From assembly GCA_964199315.1 (NCBI GenBank), contig OZ116705.1, positions 20,956,001-21,020,000 of the forward strand: a stretch of DNA of 64,000 bases, in the 5' to 3' direction. The position numbers were made by a program, and so were the translations under genes. The stretch comes from Orbicella franksi (Eukaryota). Under the pieces are notes generated by a model, which saw nothing but the letters and a program-made list of their open reading frames with translations, was not told where the DNA came from and searched no databases. Positions 1-12,085 of this stretch are shown one piece after another (the stretch's first letter is position 1; each line of letters begins with the position of its first letter).

Positions 1-607
1 TCATGTGGCGCATGTTAAAATATACGTCTGACCCGTAAATTGAAATTTGACGAGAGAATGGTCAAATATTTGCACTTTTGACGCACTTTGAAAAGCTCTC
101 GCGTCTCTCACAATCATTTGCCCAAAATTTTTTTTACAGGAATCTGTAGACCATCCTGCTGCAATTCAACCACCAGAAGCTTAATCCATTTGAAGGTTTC
201 GCACATGGTGAAAATTAATTATATTCACGAAGTACTTTTAAGTGAATTAAATGCATGTCTTCGAAATTTCATTATTTTGCACCCAAAAAGACAACGCAAC
301 ATTTCCTAAAATCAACCCAGTACACATTTAAACATTGCACAAAAAATATTTGAGTGTTTTAAAGACGGAAGAATTATGTGGTTTTGCATGCGAGGTCCTC
401 AAACTTGCTTAATAAAATGGTGCGTCAAATGACAATTTTAACGGAAGTTGGTAATTTGCATGTTTCTTTGAAATAAAAGGATATTTTGCCAAAAAAAAAC
501 TATCCAGTAGTTTTTGTCATGCCCTAGCCTACCTACCATAAAAATATGAGCGGAATCGAATTTTCGACTTTTGCCGAGTTATTTTCCATTTTTATGGACA
601 GGAACTC
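1..607. mobile_element. Right end of a non-autonomous TTAA-type DNA transposon, related to the 18363-23140 element
   Basis: The reverse complement of ~480-607 (GAGTTCCTGTCCATAAAATGG...GGCAAAAGTCGAAAATTCGATTCCGCTCAT) aligns by eye with the terminus at 18363 (GAGCCAGTGCCCATAACTATGG...GGCACAAGTCGAAAAATCGATTTCGCTCAT). It is followed by TAAA (608-611), a degenerate TTAA. The left end is outside the window or unrecognised. Confidence 0.45.
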
Positions 608-3167
608 TAAAGTTGTCATTTGTTGGTCAGCGGTTAAGTTTCGGCGATGAAGGGTAGGGGGAAAATTCAGTCGACGAAATGAATTTTAATGTTTACCGTT
701 GTCTCCTCTGTTTAGATATGTCATGGGAGAACAGGTCCAAGAATGCATATAAGACATAGGTTTTGCTTTAACAACACTGTAATATATAGTAAGACCTAAT
801 ACAAATTACAGAAATTAATATTTAGGATATGATTCAAATGAATACAACTAAATACGAGGTTTTGCTTATGAAATATATGTCAGCGGCTAAAGCTAGGAAA
901 CAGGAGACTTGGAGGCTGCACTGCACCCAACAATAAACTTCTAAAAAACAAATGTTGTAATGCAAAACCTCATGTGGTCATGAAGACCGGAGACAAATTC
1001 TAATTACATCAAAATAGGAGCCAAAGTGATCTAAACTAAAGCTAGCGAGTAAACTTGAAAACAAGTTCACCCTGGCGGTCGAACTTTCTAAGGACACTAC
1101 AAGAAATACAAAATGTGTAAACTAACAGAAGTACAGGCGAATTCAAGACATATAAACAAGACTAAGGAGAAAAAAAAATGGCTAGCTCGTGGTACAAAAA
1201 ATAAGTCTGTGGCCGCATAGAAACGGAAGAGTGCACAAAATGGTATCCTAATTCTACGGCAGAAACAACAAGTGAAGCAAAAGATTATAGCAGGATCGCA
1301 AGGTGATGGCTACGATTTACCAATATAAAATGAAGAATAATTCCAAAGCGGGCGAGCAAAGCTCTAACACGTGAAGCACGCCACACACTACTTACTGTAC
1401 GTATACGCCCGGTCATGTCGGTCCCAAGGCCCATGCGCAATCAATAGTACTGTCGACTAAATATTAGCGCATGAATAATCCCTTTACTGATTTACGCGAG
1501 TTTTGCAACTTCAAGTAGTTTGGTCAGAATTGCATATGTAACTTCTGTCAGGTAAGCCTTTCTGGACGCCTGAAGCGAACTACCTAACAGTGCCTGTAAA
1601 TGGAGCGTGCGGAAAAACATGGAAACGGTTGCATGCTATGGAAAAAAAATTATTGCGCCGGAGCATTCTTGAGCCCACTGAACCTTTGGATCTTTACAGT
1701 TCAAGATCTAAAGCTCTGGAACACTGGGACTACCAAGACGGCAACGTTTGCATGGGATTTTAACAAAAGCGAAATATCGAGAACATATTTCGCATTTTCG
1801 TATTCTTCACTGTGTTTACATCTAGATTCTTATTGTTAGAAAACTCAATATATTTTTTTTTTGATGTTTTAAGGTTTAAATTATTTAGAAATTTAATTCG
1901 CAAAAAGACCATTTTTCACTGTAGCGCTAAAAGTTTGGTCGTGTCTGATAGAAGCACCTCAAAGCTTTTGAAAACGAAAAAAAGGTTTGCTATAGCTCTA
2001 TTTTTGGGAAATAAGGTGCATATTCAACTTTGCAGCCAAAGAACAATCGGAAAGATTGTGACGGTGTTGAACTGATACATCTTTTCCTATAAACAAAAGT
2101 TAAAATAATGTCTCACAGTGAAGTTAAAGTTCTATGGAAAGAATTATCATTTGTCGTGCTCCTGACAGGATTTAAGAGCGTCTTGCTGTAACGTTACTGG
2201 AGTATATAAAAATAACAATACCTATGCAGCCTATGCACGGTTTTCTCCAACTTTGTCAGGATGAAGGTCTTTACCAACTTGCTCGAAATTGTATCTTAGA
2301 AATTGTTTGAATTTTTCTTTTATAGTCAAGGTGGCCTTACCTATTTTTTCCCTTAAAGAGCAAAACTAGACCCTACAATTACATTTTTTTTCGAGGGTTA
2401 GCAAGCTAAACATAGTTGTGTAAGCTACCCCATAATATTAATATACCATCTTTTAGAAGTACTTTAGCGTTGCCATAGCCGCATGTAATTAAAACCTCAA
2501 TTTTATATCAAATTTTTCAAAATTATACGCCTCGACGACGTTGTTTCACGTCAAAATTCAGGTCAAATCGGTGGGCTGGCACATAGACTACCTATAAAAT
2601 TATTTTGTTTTTTCTGGGTAAAGTTGCACTCTATCTTAGTGTTATCGCAAATCTAGTTTGTTTGCGTAAATAACGCAAAGACTAGGCACTTAAGTTAATT
2701 GCCTGACAAGTGGTACCTTTCACGCCGCGATTAGGTCTCTACGATCAGTCATTGTAATAAAAACTGCTATTAGCCAGCAAACGATCATTTTTAGCAGAAG
2801 TTTTATTCTAACCGTTAGATCGAAATTTTCTCACAAACATTTAATTACTACTGTTTGACAGCATTCTTTCATTCTGTGTTAACCTTTTTGCGAGTAGATT
2901 TATTTGTGAGACATTTGCCAACTAAATATGACTGACTGCTTAGACGATTGACGCTTATTTTTGTTTTTCGTATGTGGCGTTTGGTGGTTAATTTTTATGC
3001 TGTTGGAGGGTTGACGACTAATCTCATTGAGACCCTCTTGAAAGTGCGATGCTAGGCATGTGATAATGATTTTTAATGGAGAATGGAAACTGTGAAATTT
3101 TTGCCACCATTGATGTGCTAGATATCTCAAGTGCTGTGCCAAAAACATCAAGTTTTCTGTTTTCGTT

Positions 3168-3575
3168 TTGTTCTCAGTTCAGTACGCCTTGCACCTCTAT
3201 GACTACTTCAAGGAGTGGCGTAAAAATCCTCATTGCTCCTTTTCTTGCTGTCTGGCGTTGTTTCTCCCTCTCGTCGATTTGCAAGGAGAAATTCGAGGAA
3301 TGGTTGGGAAAAACGTCCTGAAAACCCAGCTGCAAACGGGACACTTTGAAATGACTACACTTCGTGCGGCTGTTAAGGACAGTGGAGCATTTGATGTTAC
3401 TCTCGAAGAAGGTGAACAAGGCGATGATCACGCTTTGGACCTGCAGGATGACAATCGTCCAGTCGCCAAAATCAGCAACAAAAAATGTCACCAAGGAACA
3501 CAAACAGAATTCTCTTCGCGTTTGACAGTCTCTGATTTCCCGTTGCATGAGACAATTGAAGACACACACCTGTAA
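3168..3575 (+). other. Isolated exon-like ORF, product unknown
   Basis: 135-codon open frame, visibly more GC-rich than its flanks, with a pyrimidine tract plus CAG (ttttgttctcag) near its 5' end and a TAA stop. No family recognised and no partner exons found. Confidence 0.22.
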
Positions 3576-6500
3576 AGCAGTGTGAGTTTATAATACTAAC
3601 AAGAAGGCAGGGAACTAGAATAGCCCTTTTAACCCTTCCTATTGCATGATGCATACCAGTTCTTTAGTTCCTCTAGAACCCGACTCAGAAAGAGTAGAAG
3701 TTAGAGCTAACATAACTGAGAATCATTGCTGAGCACTATAAAGGTTGAAATACTTCAACTCACTATTTCAGACTTCAAGGGAGACTTCTCTCTTGACAGT
3801 ATTTAGACACTGATAAAATATCACCTCTTTAAGATACAGTAAATGGATCCCTCATTTGCTCTGTCAATGGCAGCATAAATGCAATTTGACGAATAAAAGT
3901 AAACTCTCAAAACTAGGTGAGTAGAATAGACCAGTGCGATAGTCTACCTTTATGCTCCGAGAAACGTTCCTCGATCTTTAAAGGAATTGTTCATAACAAA
4001 GTTTTGTTTCTTGTTTTAGTAGTATTTGTACTCGTCGGCTTTCTCTTTCAAAATCTCTCATTCTCACTTTTGAAAAGAAAGCTGGGTAACCACTCTTGTT
4101 TTCCAAAGATCCAGGCCTTTGTGTAACATGTGGGTGAGATTTCTGTCTGATAGTACAAGTCCATTTTAGTATGCTGTTAATTTCAGCAAGAGTTGTTAGA
4201 GCTTCTCTCGCTATTTATGATAGGTCGCAGCCCTTGGCATCCAGATGCAATTCATTCAAAAGGAGACACTATCAGCACGTCTCCATGGTAACAAATATAC
4301 CTATTGAAATCAATTAACTAGATATAAGAGCTTCATAAAAAAAAAGTTTCGATAATGTTAAAATAGCCCAAGTTTTATTAACCTTAGCTAGTTTAGCCTG
4401 GATGTGGATACCACACTCCTTGGGTTTTTGTTGCAATAAGACATATCAAAACTGTTTTGCTTTGCATAGATAACCCTGAACTTAGTCTACAAGATCAGAT
4501 TTGCTGTTGGTTATGACGTTATATGAAGTCACATGGCATTGATAAGTCTAACATCTTTGATCCGAAGTTGTCGTAAATGTATGATAAAATTCTAGGCAGG
4601 TGAATTACAAGTTGATTTTCATTTTCGTAAAAAAAACTACCGCACTACTGCGAGTTTTTGTTGTTGTTGTTTTTCGTTTTGTTTTCATGGCTGATGACTT
4701 ATACGTCCCATATTTGTCAATCAGGCCTGCTAAGGTAACTGCAAGAGCAGGCAAAGAAAGGAAAGGAATCCCTTTAATTATATATTTATTATTTCAGAAC
4801 GTTCCATCACTAGTGCCTGCATTTCACATCTTAAGCCCGTTAAAGACTGAGGGATTTGCAGACGATTTATAGGTTTTCAGTAAAGTTTTGGTAGACGGAA
4901 TTGAAATAATCAACTGCAGCATCCATTTCAGTTCATAATTATCTAGATTTCAAGAAACATTTTTCGCCTGTGCTTGCTCAATAAAGTTTGTAGGGATTTT
5001 GATTAGTTTTCCGGTAAACTCTGATAAAAAAGCACAGCAGGATAACAAATCATGGATAACCTTACTTCGTAAACAGAAGGATATTATATATAAATTTTGA
5101 TTGATATGTATTTATCAGGCGTGTGCGCCCGCTAAGGAATAGATGGACGGTAGGTCTCTAGCGCCCGCTATGAGGGAATTTGTAGACAGTTTTACACATT
5201 TTCTCAAGTAGTTTGTCATAAGAGAAAATCAGGAAAACAGTATGCTTCTGTATTCATTCTGATTCATATTTACCCTTGCTTATAATACAATTGCACTGAA
5301 GAGTGCTGCTAATATGTCTGATGACATTTTGATATTCATCTCTTGCACTAAAGGATAATGTATTCAATTTATACGTTTATCGTAACATTCGTGGTGAGAT
5401 GCAAAAGCAGGGAAGCTTATAAGGTGGTAAACTAGAACGTATTTCTGACACTTGCATTGTGCCTGCATGGGTTTTTTTCAATCTTACTGCGAAAGAGGGA
5501 TTTATAGGAGAATTTATCAATTGTTTACCTTGCATTTTTGGGAAATGAGGAGGTAGGAAAATGATAACCTCAGTGAAAAAAGAAAAGGTTTCGTTTTCTA
5601 AATCTAAAAATGGGCCTTTGCCACCTTTTTCTCATGTTCTTGCTGAAAAGGGTTATGTAGACAATCTAACAGTCCTTCAATAAATTTTGGGTAAAATAAA
5701 AATCGGAGGAATACATAAACTAATGTTTTCGTAAATTTTGGTAAGGTGCAAGAGATGTATCCATTTTAACTCATATTTATTCTTTCTGCAATATTATATT
5801 GCTTATGCGCGCTGTTAGACATTTGTCGTATTCATTGCTTGCCCCTGCTATAAATAGGTATGTAGGCAATGTAACTAGTTGGTGAAACACAAAGCAGGGT
5901 GGCAGAGGAAACAATACACAGGTATTTGTTACAATTCAGGGTCTCTTTACAAGGAATCAGGATGGTTTTTGACTAGGAAAAAATCACCGCGACGCAGCTT
6001 CGGGTTGACGCTTTTTGTTGGATAGCTCTTTCCGATACACAGCCTGACATTTTCCATGTAGTCCACCAATTAGAAACCATAGTTGACACTTTTGCACATA
6101 TAGCCATTGCTGTTCCGTTATGGGCCACTATAATGTCCAGAGACCAGGTTTTGTCGAAATAGTTTTACTAAATACTGCTATTTTACCCTTATCCCCTATT
6201 TTGTTTACTGCGATGTTGACCCTGTTGATGTCAATACGACCAGCCACCCCGGGGCTCATGTAAACATTACATTTTGCTATCGTTTAGCGGCAAGCCGACT
6301 GGTATATATATATCCCGGAGTCCTGTAAAGAGGCCTTCAGATTTGATATCTACTGATCTAGCTGTGCCTGCTTTTGTGTTGTTTGTAGACAATTTGTAGC
6401 TTTTCTGTAAAGATTAATCGGTAAAGAAATATCAGCTAAAAAGTAAAGTGATTTATTACATGGATATTGATGAAATACCGGGATTTTTCTTGTTCGTAAA

Positions 6501-6920
6501 ATTTGTATTTCTTTTTCATCTCGTAGATGAAGATGTCATCATGGTTACGAACATTATAATTTCTGTTTCAACGTCATTAAAGTTCAATTTTACTTTTTTT
6601 AACGCGGAAAATAACAATTTCTAAGAGGCAAACGTAATTTTTCTTTGTGTTTCATGAAAATGGTGGTCATATTAATTTACACATTTTCGATTACAGACCC
6701 CACCTCGGTTAAGGTGACCACTGTTTTCGATGCTTCTGAAATGAATACAAAACTGAGGTGTCTTAGATTTGGATGTTTCATCGATATCCATATAATTAAC
6801 AGGGTAAGTTGCATGGCTGCTTATAGATACGAATTTTATGTTCTCGTACCGATGGTACACTTGAAAAGAAAATTCGGGCGTTCATGTACAATAATATCTT
6901 CTATATATCCATTATAAGTT

Positions 6921-7095
6921 ACTCGGCTTTTGAGAACCATTTATGACTTGTACCTGCGGGAAAGAAAACTCATTTGTAGTTATTTTGATTAGTTTTTTTT
7001 TGTAAACTTTGGTAAAACAGAAAGAGCAGGACAAATAAACATCTCAAAAGTAAATGGCTGTTAAAATTGTCCATTGAGTGTCGTGTGACAGGCAT
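6921..7095 (+). repeat. ~175-bp dispersed repeat; second copy at 47547-47717
   Basis: Shared ACTC(G/A)GCTTTTGAGAA...ACCTGCG(G/A)GAAAGAAA...GTAGTTATTTTGATTAG...AAATTGTCCATTGAGTGT..GTGTGACAGGCAT. Confidence 0.75.
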
Positions 7096-8350
7096 GGTTG
7101 CAGTCAGGGGGAGGCATCGCTCCTTGCGCCGAAAGGAACGTTCTGAAACCAAAAAGTTCAGTCACCATGCAACTCTGTCCCTTGGCGCTGCTCTCTTCGA
7201 CTGGCCAAATCCCTCCATTCTGCGTCGGAGCTCACTACTCACTACAAGCTCCAGGCTTGCATCTGCATCTGGCATCATTTTCTGTAACTCTTGATGAAAA
7301 AGAGCCGTGTATCGCTGAATATATGTTCCTTGGTGCACATGCAAGTTTGATAAGTCCCTCAGAAGAAATGCTTGCGCCAAATGTTTGCTAGGTGAAGTAG
7401 GAAAGAGAATAGACATGCTTGACCGTACCATGAAGGGCATTTGGATGAATATAGGCAGTATAACATGATATACAGATTTAGCCAAGCCTAAAAGCGGAGC
7501 TCCTGGGCCGGGTTCTTTAAAGCCCGATTAAGCTAACCCAAGATATGCGTGAGTTTTGATTTCAGTTTTGCGACTTTGCGGTGAGGTTTTCTGTTTATGT
7601 CGTTTGGCCTTCTGTTTTGAGTTTAAACAAACTTAAACTACACAGAAGAAAAGCAATATAAAACATTTGTATATAAGAATATTTTATAATTTGGTTAACT
7701 TTTAATCCTTAGTTAGTGTGAAGTCTTTATTTATGTGTATTTATTTACAATAATGTATAAATAAAAAGCGAACTTATCGTTGATCGTCATCCGAGACAAT
7801 TATATAAAAAAAGGATCGCTTCTTGGCTAGCCTGTTCCAAGCTCTCGGTAGTTGAGGACGAGCGGAAAAAAGAGGGCAAGCGAGAAAAAAAGACAAGGGA
7901 GGACTAAGTCGCTACATCTTGTCCGATTACCAAAGCAAGTTCATTCCCATTTGTTTTCTTTTTTCTCTTTATTTTCCCAGCCAGTATCAATGATTCTCTT
8001 TCCTCTCTTTGTTACCTTTTGAAACATCTTAGAAAAATTGTGTCTAACGTATATTCCTTATACCACAAGGACAGCACCGTGTCATCGTCCGCTCAACAAA
8101 GTTAAGCCCGGGCGGGGTCTCTACTTGGCTGGGTGACCACAATATGAATACCCCTTGTTGTAATAACTTTGGTTTCCTCTTCTGTGTTTTTTTTCCCTTA
8201 CTTTCCAAGGCGATATTTGTTGTGTTTGCTTCCTTGAAGTATTGTTCAAGTTAGTTACGTGCGAGATGCATGTCGATTATTTAAGATGGCGTATTGAAGT
8301 AAACACGTATTGTTCACGGAGGACTACTTTAAACCCAAACTGACACAACA

Positions 8351-8364
8351 TGGTGTCAGTGGGA
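8351..8364 (+). promoter_or_regulatory. Primer-binding site, tRNA-Leu type, 3-nt deletion
   Basis: TGGTGTCAGTGGGA directly after ...ACAACA. The complement of the tRNA-Leu(CAA/CAG) 3' end is TGGTGTCAG(A/G)AGTGGGAT. Confidence 0.65.
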
Positions 8365-11300
8365 AGTTCCCAATAGCCTTTAAAATGACGAAGAATCAGA
8401 AAATATGGGAGACAAGAGGAAGAAGAGTTCTTCCTGGGTGAACTCACTGAACTATCTGCTTTCCAAGGAAGTACAGGAGATTCATGGAAAGCTAAAGTTT
8501 CATTGAATGGACTGCTAGCAGAATTTAAATTGGATACCGGTGCGGATGTAGCAGTAATTTTACCTAGCCTGTATTACAGTTTGCAACCAGCTCCATCACT
8601 TAAGAGGACCACCAGGCTACTCATGGCTCCATTTAAACACCAACTGAGCTGTCGACCAACTTTCATAACAGAGTGGCAAGGGCAAGACAAGGTTCCTTAG
8701 GAACACGTGTATGTAGTAGAGGATTTGGAGCGATCTATGCAGACTTGACAGCCTGAGCAGTGATGACTACAAGAGTAAAGTGGCAGACAAGTACCCCAGG
8801 TTGTTCCAGGGACTAACTGTCATGAAGGACAGTTACTGTATCACATTCAAAAAAGATACCAAACCTTTCCAATTGTCAGGTCCAAAGAAAGTACCCTCCC
8901 CATTGTATCAGAAATCAAAAGAAGAGTTTGAAAGGATGTTGAAGGCAGGTGTCATATCCAGTTGACCAACCCACTGATTGCTGCGCTCCCACGGTGGTGA
9001 CTCCCAAAAGCAATGGCAAGGTCAGGGTCTGCGTCAACCTAAGCAAGCTAAATAAGTACGTCAATAGGGAGAACCATCCACTTCAAGCAGTAGACACAAC
9101 TCTCGGAAGATTGGCAGGTTCCAGAGTGTTCTCGAAACTTGACGCGAACTCAGGATTCTGGCAGATAAAGCTAGCGTAGGAATCAAGTCCACTGACAACT
9201 TTCATCACTCCATGGAGCCGTTTCTTTTTCAAAATGTTTCCCTTCGGAATCAGGTCTGGTTCCGAGAAATTCCAGAGGAATATGAGTCAGATCATCCTGG
9301 GAATAATTGACGTGGAGTTGCAAAATAGATGACGGTTTAGTCCATGGCAAAGACCAAACTGAACGCGATCAGGGGTTAAAAGCAGTACTCAAGCGTCTGG
9401 TTGAAGCTGGCGTGACACTCAACCTACACAAATGCCAGTTCAGCACAGACAGAGTCAAGTTCCTTGGACACGTTATAAACTTCAGTGGAATTGAGGCAGA
9501 TCCTGAAGAGCTTTAAGCAATTACAGACCTACCGCCACCTCAGAAAGCGCAAGAAGTGAGAAAATTTCTTTGCATGGTTAACCAACTGAGCAAGTTTTCC
9601 CAGCACCTCACTGACAAGACAAAGAGTATCAGAGACCTTCTTTGCAAAGGAAAGCAATGGACATGGGGCAGTGAGCAACAGAAAGCATTTCAGCAGATCA
9701 AATCTGACCTCACACAAGCTCCAGTGCTGGCTCTGTATGATCAAACAAGGAAACCAAAGTGGTAGCTGATGCTTACTACTTTGGCCTAAGCGGAGTAATT
9801 CTTCAACTCCAACCTGACAACTCGTGGATACCAGTCTCATTCATATCCAGAGTAAAGATTCCCACTGAAACCTGATCCACACAAATCGAAAAAGAAGCCC
9901 TAGTGCTCACATGGGCATGCAAACGAGTCTGGGAGTACATCGTGGGAAAATCGATTTCAATGGAAACAGACCAAGAACCCCTGGTGCCACCTCTGAGTAC
10001 ACTCACACTGGATCAATTTCCAAGAAAATTCAAAGATTTAGAATGCGACTGATACGATTCAGCTTCAAGATCAAGCTTGTTCCCGGAAAATAAAGATGTA
10101 CATAGCCGATGCGCTTTCAAGACTCCCGGTCCGAAGCCAAACAGGGAAGTTAACAATTGACAATGATGAAATACATGCACACATTGGAAGTGCGATCTCA
10201 TCACTGCCTGCCTCAGACGGACGATTTCAGCCGATCATGGAAGCACAAGAGGAGGATCTGTCTGCGAGCAATCTGAGGGGTGGCCTGACAATCATTCATT
10301 AAACGATGCAATGAAACCCTATTGGTCAAGCAATGGCGAACTGTCTGTGGTACAGACATTTCTGCTCAAAGCATCCAGAATCGTCATACCTTCTTCCATG
10401 CGTCTTGATATTCTGGATAAGATCCCTGAAGGACACCAAGGAATCACTAAACGCCGTGAGCGGGCCAAGAGCTCTATTTGGTGGCCAGGAATAAGCCGAG
10501 AAATCCAGGATCTGGTGCAACAGTGCAGAGTTTGTGCTCTACAAAGGGACAACAAGCCCGAACCGCTTATCAAGACACCCTTACCTGACCGTCCCTGGCA
10601 AGTCGTAACCACAGACCTCTTCGAGCTAAAGGCGTCCACTACTTTATTGTTGTAGACTACATCTCAAGATACGTGGAAGTAGCAGCTATACAGAAGATTG
10701 CAAAGTCAAGTGAGGTCATTAGGGCACTTAAGTCGACATTTGCCAGACTTTGGATCCCAGAGCAAGTGCCATCCGACAATGGACCTCAGTTTGACAGTGC
10801 AGAATTCTCTTACTTTGCTAAGGAATAGAGATTCAAGCATACCACAAGTAGTCCTAGATTTCCCCAAGCAAATGAAGAAGTTGAGCAGGGAGTTAATACT
10901 GTGAAGAATCTTCTAAAAAAGGAAATAGACTCCGCTAAAGCATTACTAGCGTACCGATCAACACCACTAACATGTAACTTCTCTCTTGCACAGTTGCTGA
11001 TGGAAAGGCAGATTAGGAACAGAGTCTCGTTATTACATACCCAGCTGAACCCAAAGTGGCCTGACTTAGGCAACCTGCGTGTACGAGAGAACATAAGCAA
11101 GTTGAAGCAGTAAACAGTGTCCAACACCAGGCACAGGACCAAGCCCTTGCCTTCAATCGGACCGGGTACTGAAGTCTTCGTCAAGGACCTTTAGCGGTCA
11201 GGAAAAGTCATTGACGCAGCTTCAACACCTCGGTCGTATACAGTTAAAACACCGACTAGCGCGATAAGAAGGAGCCGTGCTCACCTTACTCCACTGCCAA

Positions 11301-11594
11301 ATCAGCAGGAGCAACATGAGCGACCGACATCAATAAAGAACCAAGTTCCCGCAGGGACAAAGCTGCAACCCCTATTGGGAAGGAAATTCCCGTTAAAAAG
11401 GGAGACATTCGAATACCCCTTGTAACACCTATTCTTGCAAATAGGTCTAAGAGATTTATAAAACCATCGCTGAAAGCTAGAAAGAATCTAGGTTTAGCTT
11501 GAGATGAAGCTGTGTTATAACATTCCATAGATCTTTTATCAGTGTTCTCATACTCTGTTCGTTTCTCTAGATACTCTTGTACAATAGGGGAAGA
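8351..11594 (+). mobile_element. Degenerate Ty3/Gypsy LTR retrotransposon, internal region (PR-RT-RH-IN, gag essentially deleted)
   Basis: Fragmented frames give protease FKLDTGADV (8503-), RT (KVRVCVNLSKLN, FSKLDANSGFWQI, KIDDGLVHG), RNase H region, integrase zinc finger (EGHQGITK...IWWPG...CRVC) and integrase core (RPWQVVTTDLF). The order PR-RT-RH-IN is Gypsy-type. Many stops and frameshifts. PBS at the 5' end, polypurine tract AGGGGAAGA at 11586-11594. Confidence 0.93.
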
Positions 11595-11674
11595 TGTTGC
11601 GTTAGCTTACAAGAAGTCACATGAAGACATCGAATTCTTACGTCAGAAATTTAAAGAAAAACTAACTTAAGGTA

Positions 11675-11943
11675 TAACCCTGGTCAAAATATCATGGGAC
11701 AGTTATGCTAATTAAGAGAGATAATGCACTTTGTTAATTAAACTCTGAATCCACCTCTTAAAAAAAAGGTTGGCAATGTAGTTTTAGTAAACCATTTCTT
11801 TTGTCCCCCTCTCCCCCAAGCAATGTTGAGTCTACCGAAAGTGACTTTAATGCCTGACATCAACATTCCATCGGAGGGAGGGGGAAATTACGTCATTTTT
11901 ACGGGTTATTGTCTCTATGTCCCAAGAGTTCTGGCCAGGGTTG
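11675..11943. mobile_element. Tc1/mariner-type MITE, same family as 38438-38722
   Basis: Imperfect TIRs (TAACCCTGGTCAAAA...TGGGACA / GTCCCAAGAGTTCTGGCCAGGGTTG) with TA on the left. The body aligns along its length with 38438-38722. Confidence 0.8.
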
Positions 11944-12085
11944 TCTAAAAACCTCTTTGGTGGAAAACTAAGCTTTAAACTTTACGAAACCTGACAAAAA
12001 GTTGCGGATTCATTAGTATAGTACCGCATAATATTTATCAGGGTTTTAAATGTTAACTAATACAATATTTCAGTTCCGCACACGC

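Noticed and set aside
700-2900. LINE or other gene remnants in the first 3 kb and at 4800-6300
   Set aside because: Only isolated, unconvincing peptide resemblances; no frame long enough to support a call.
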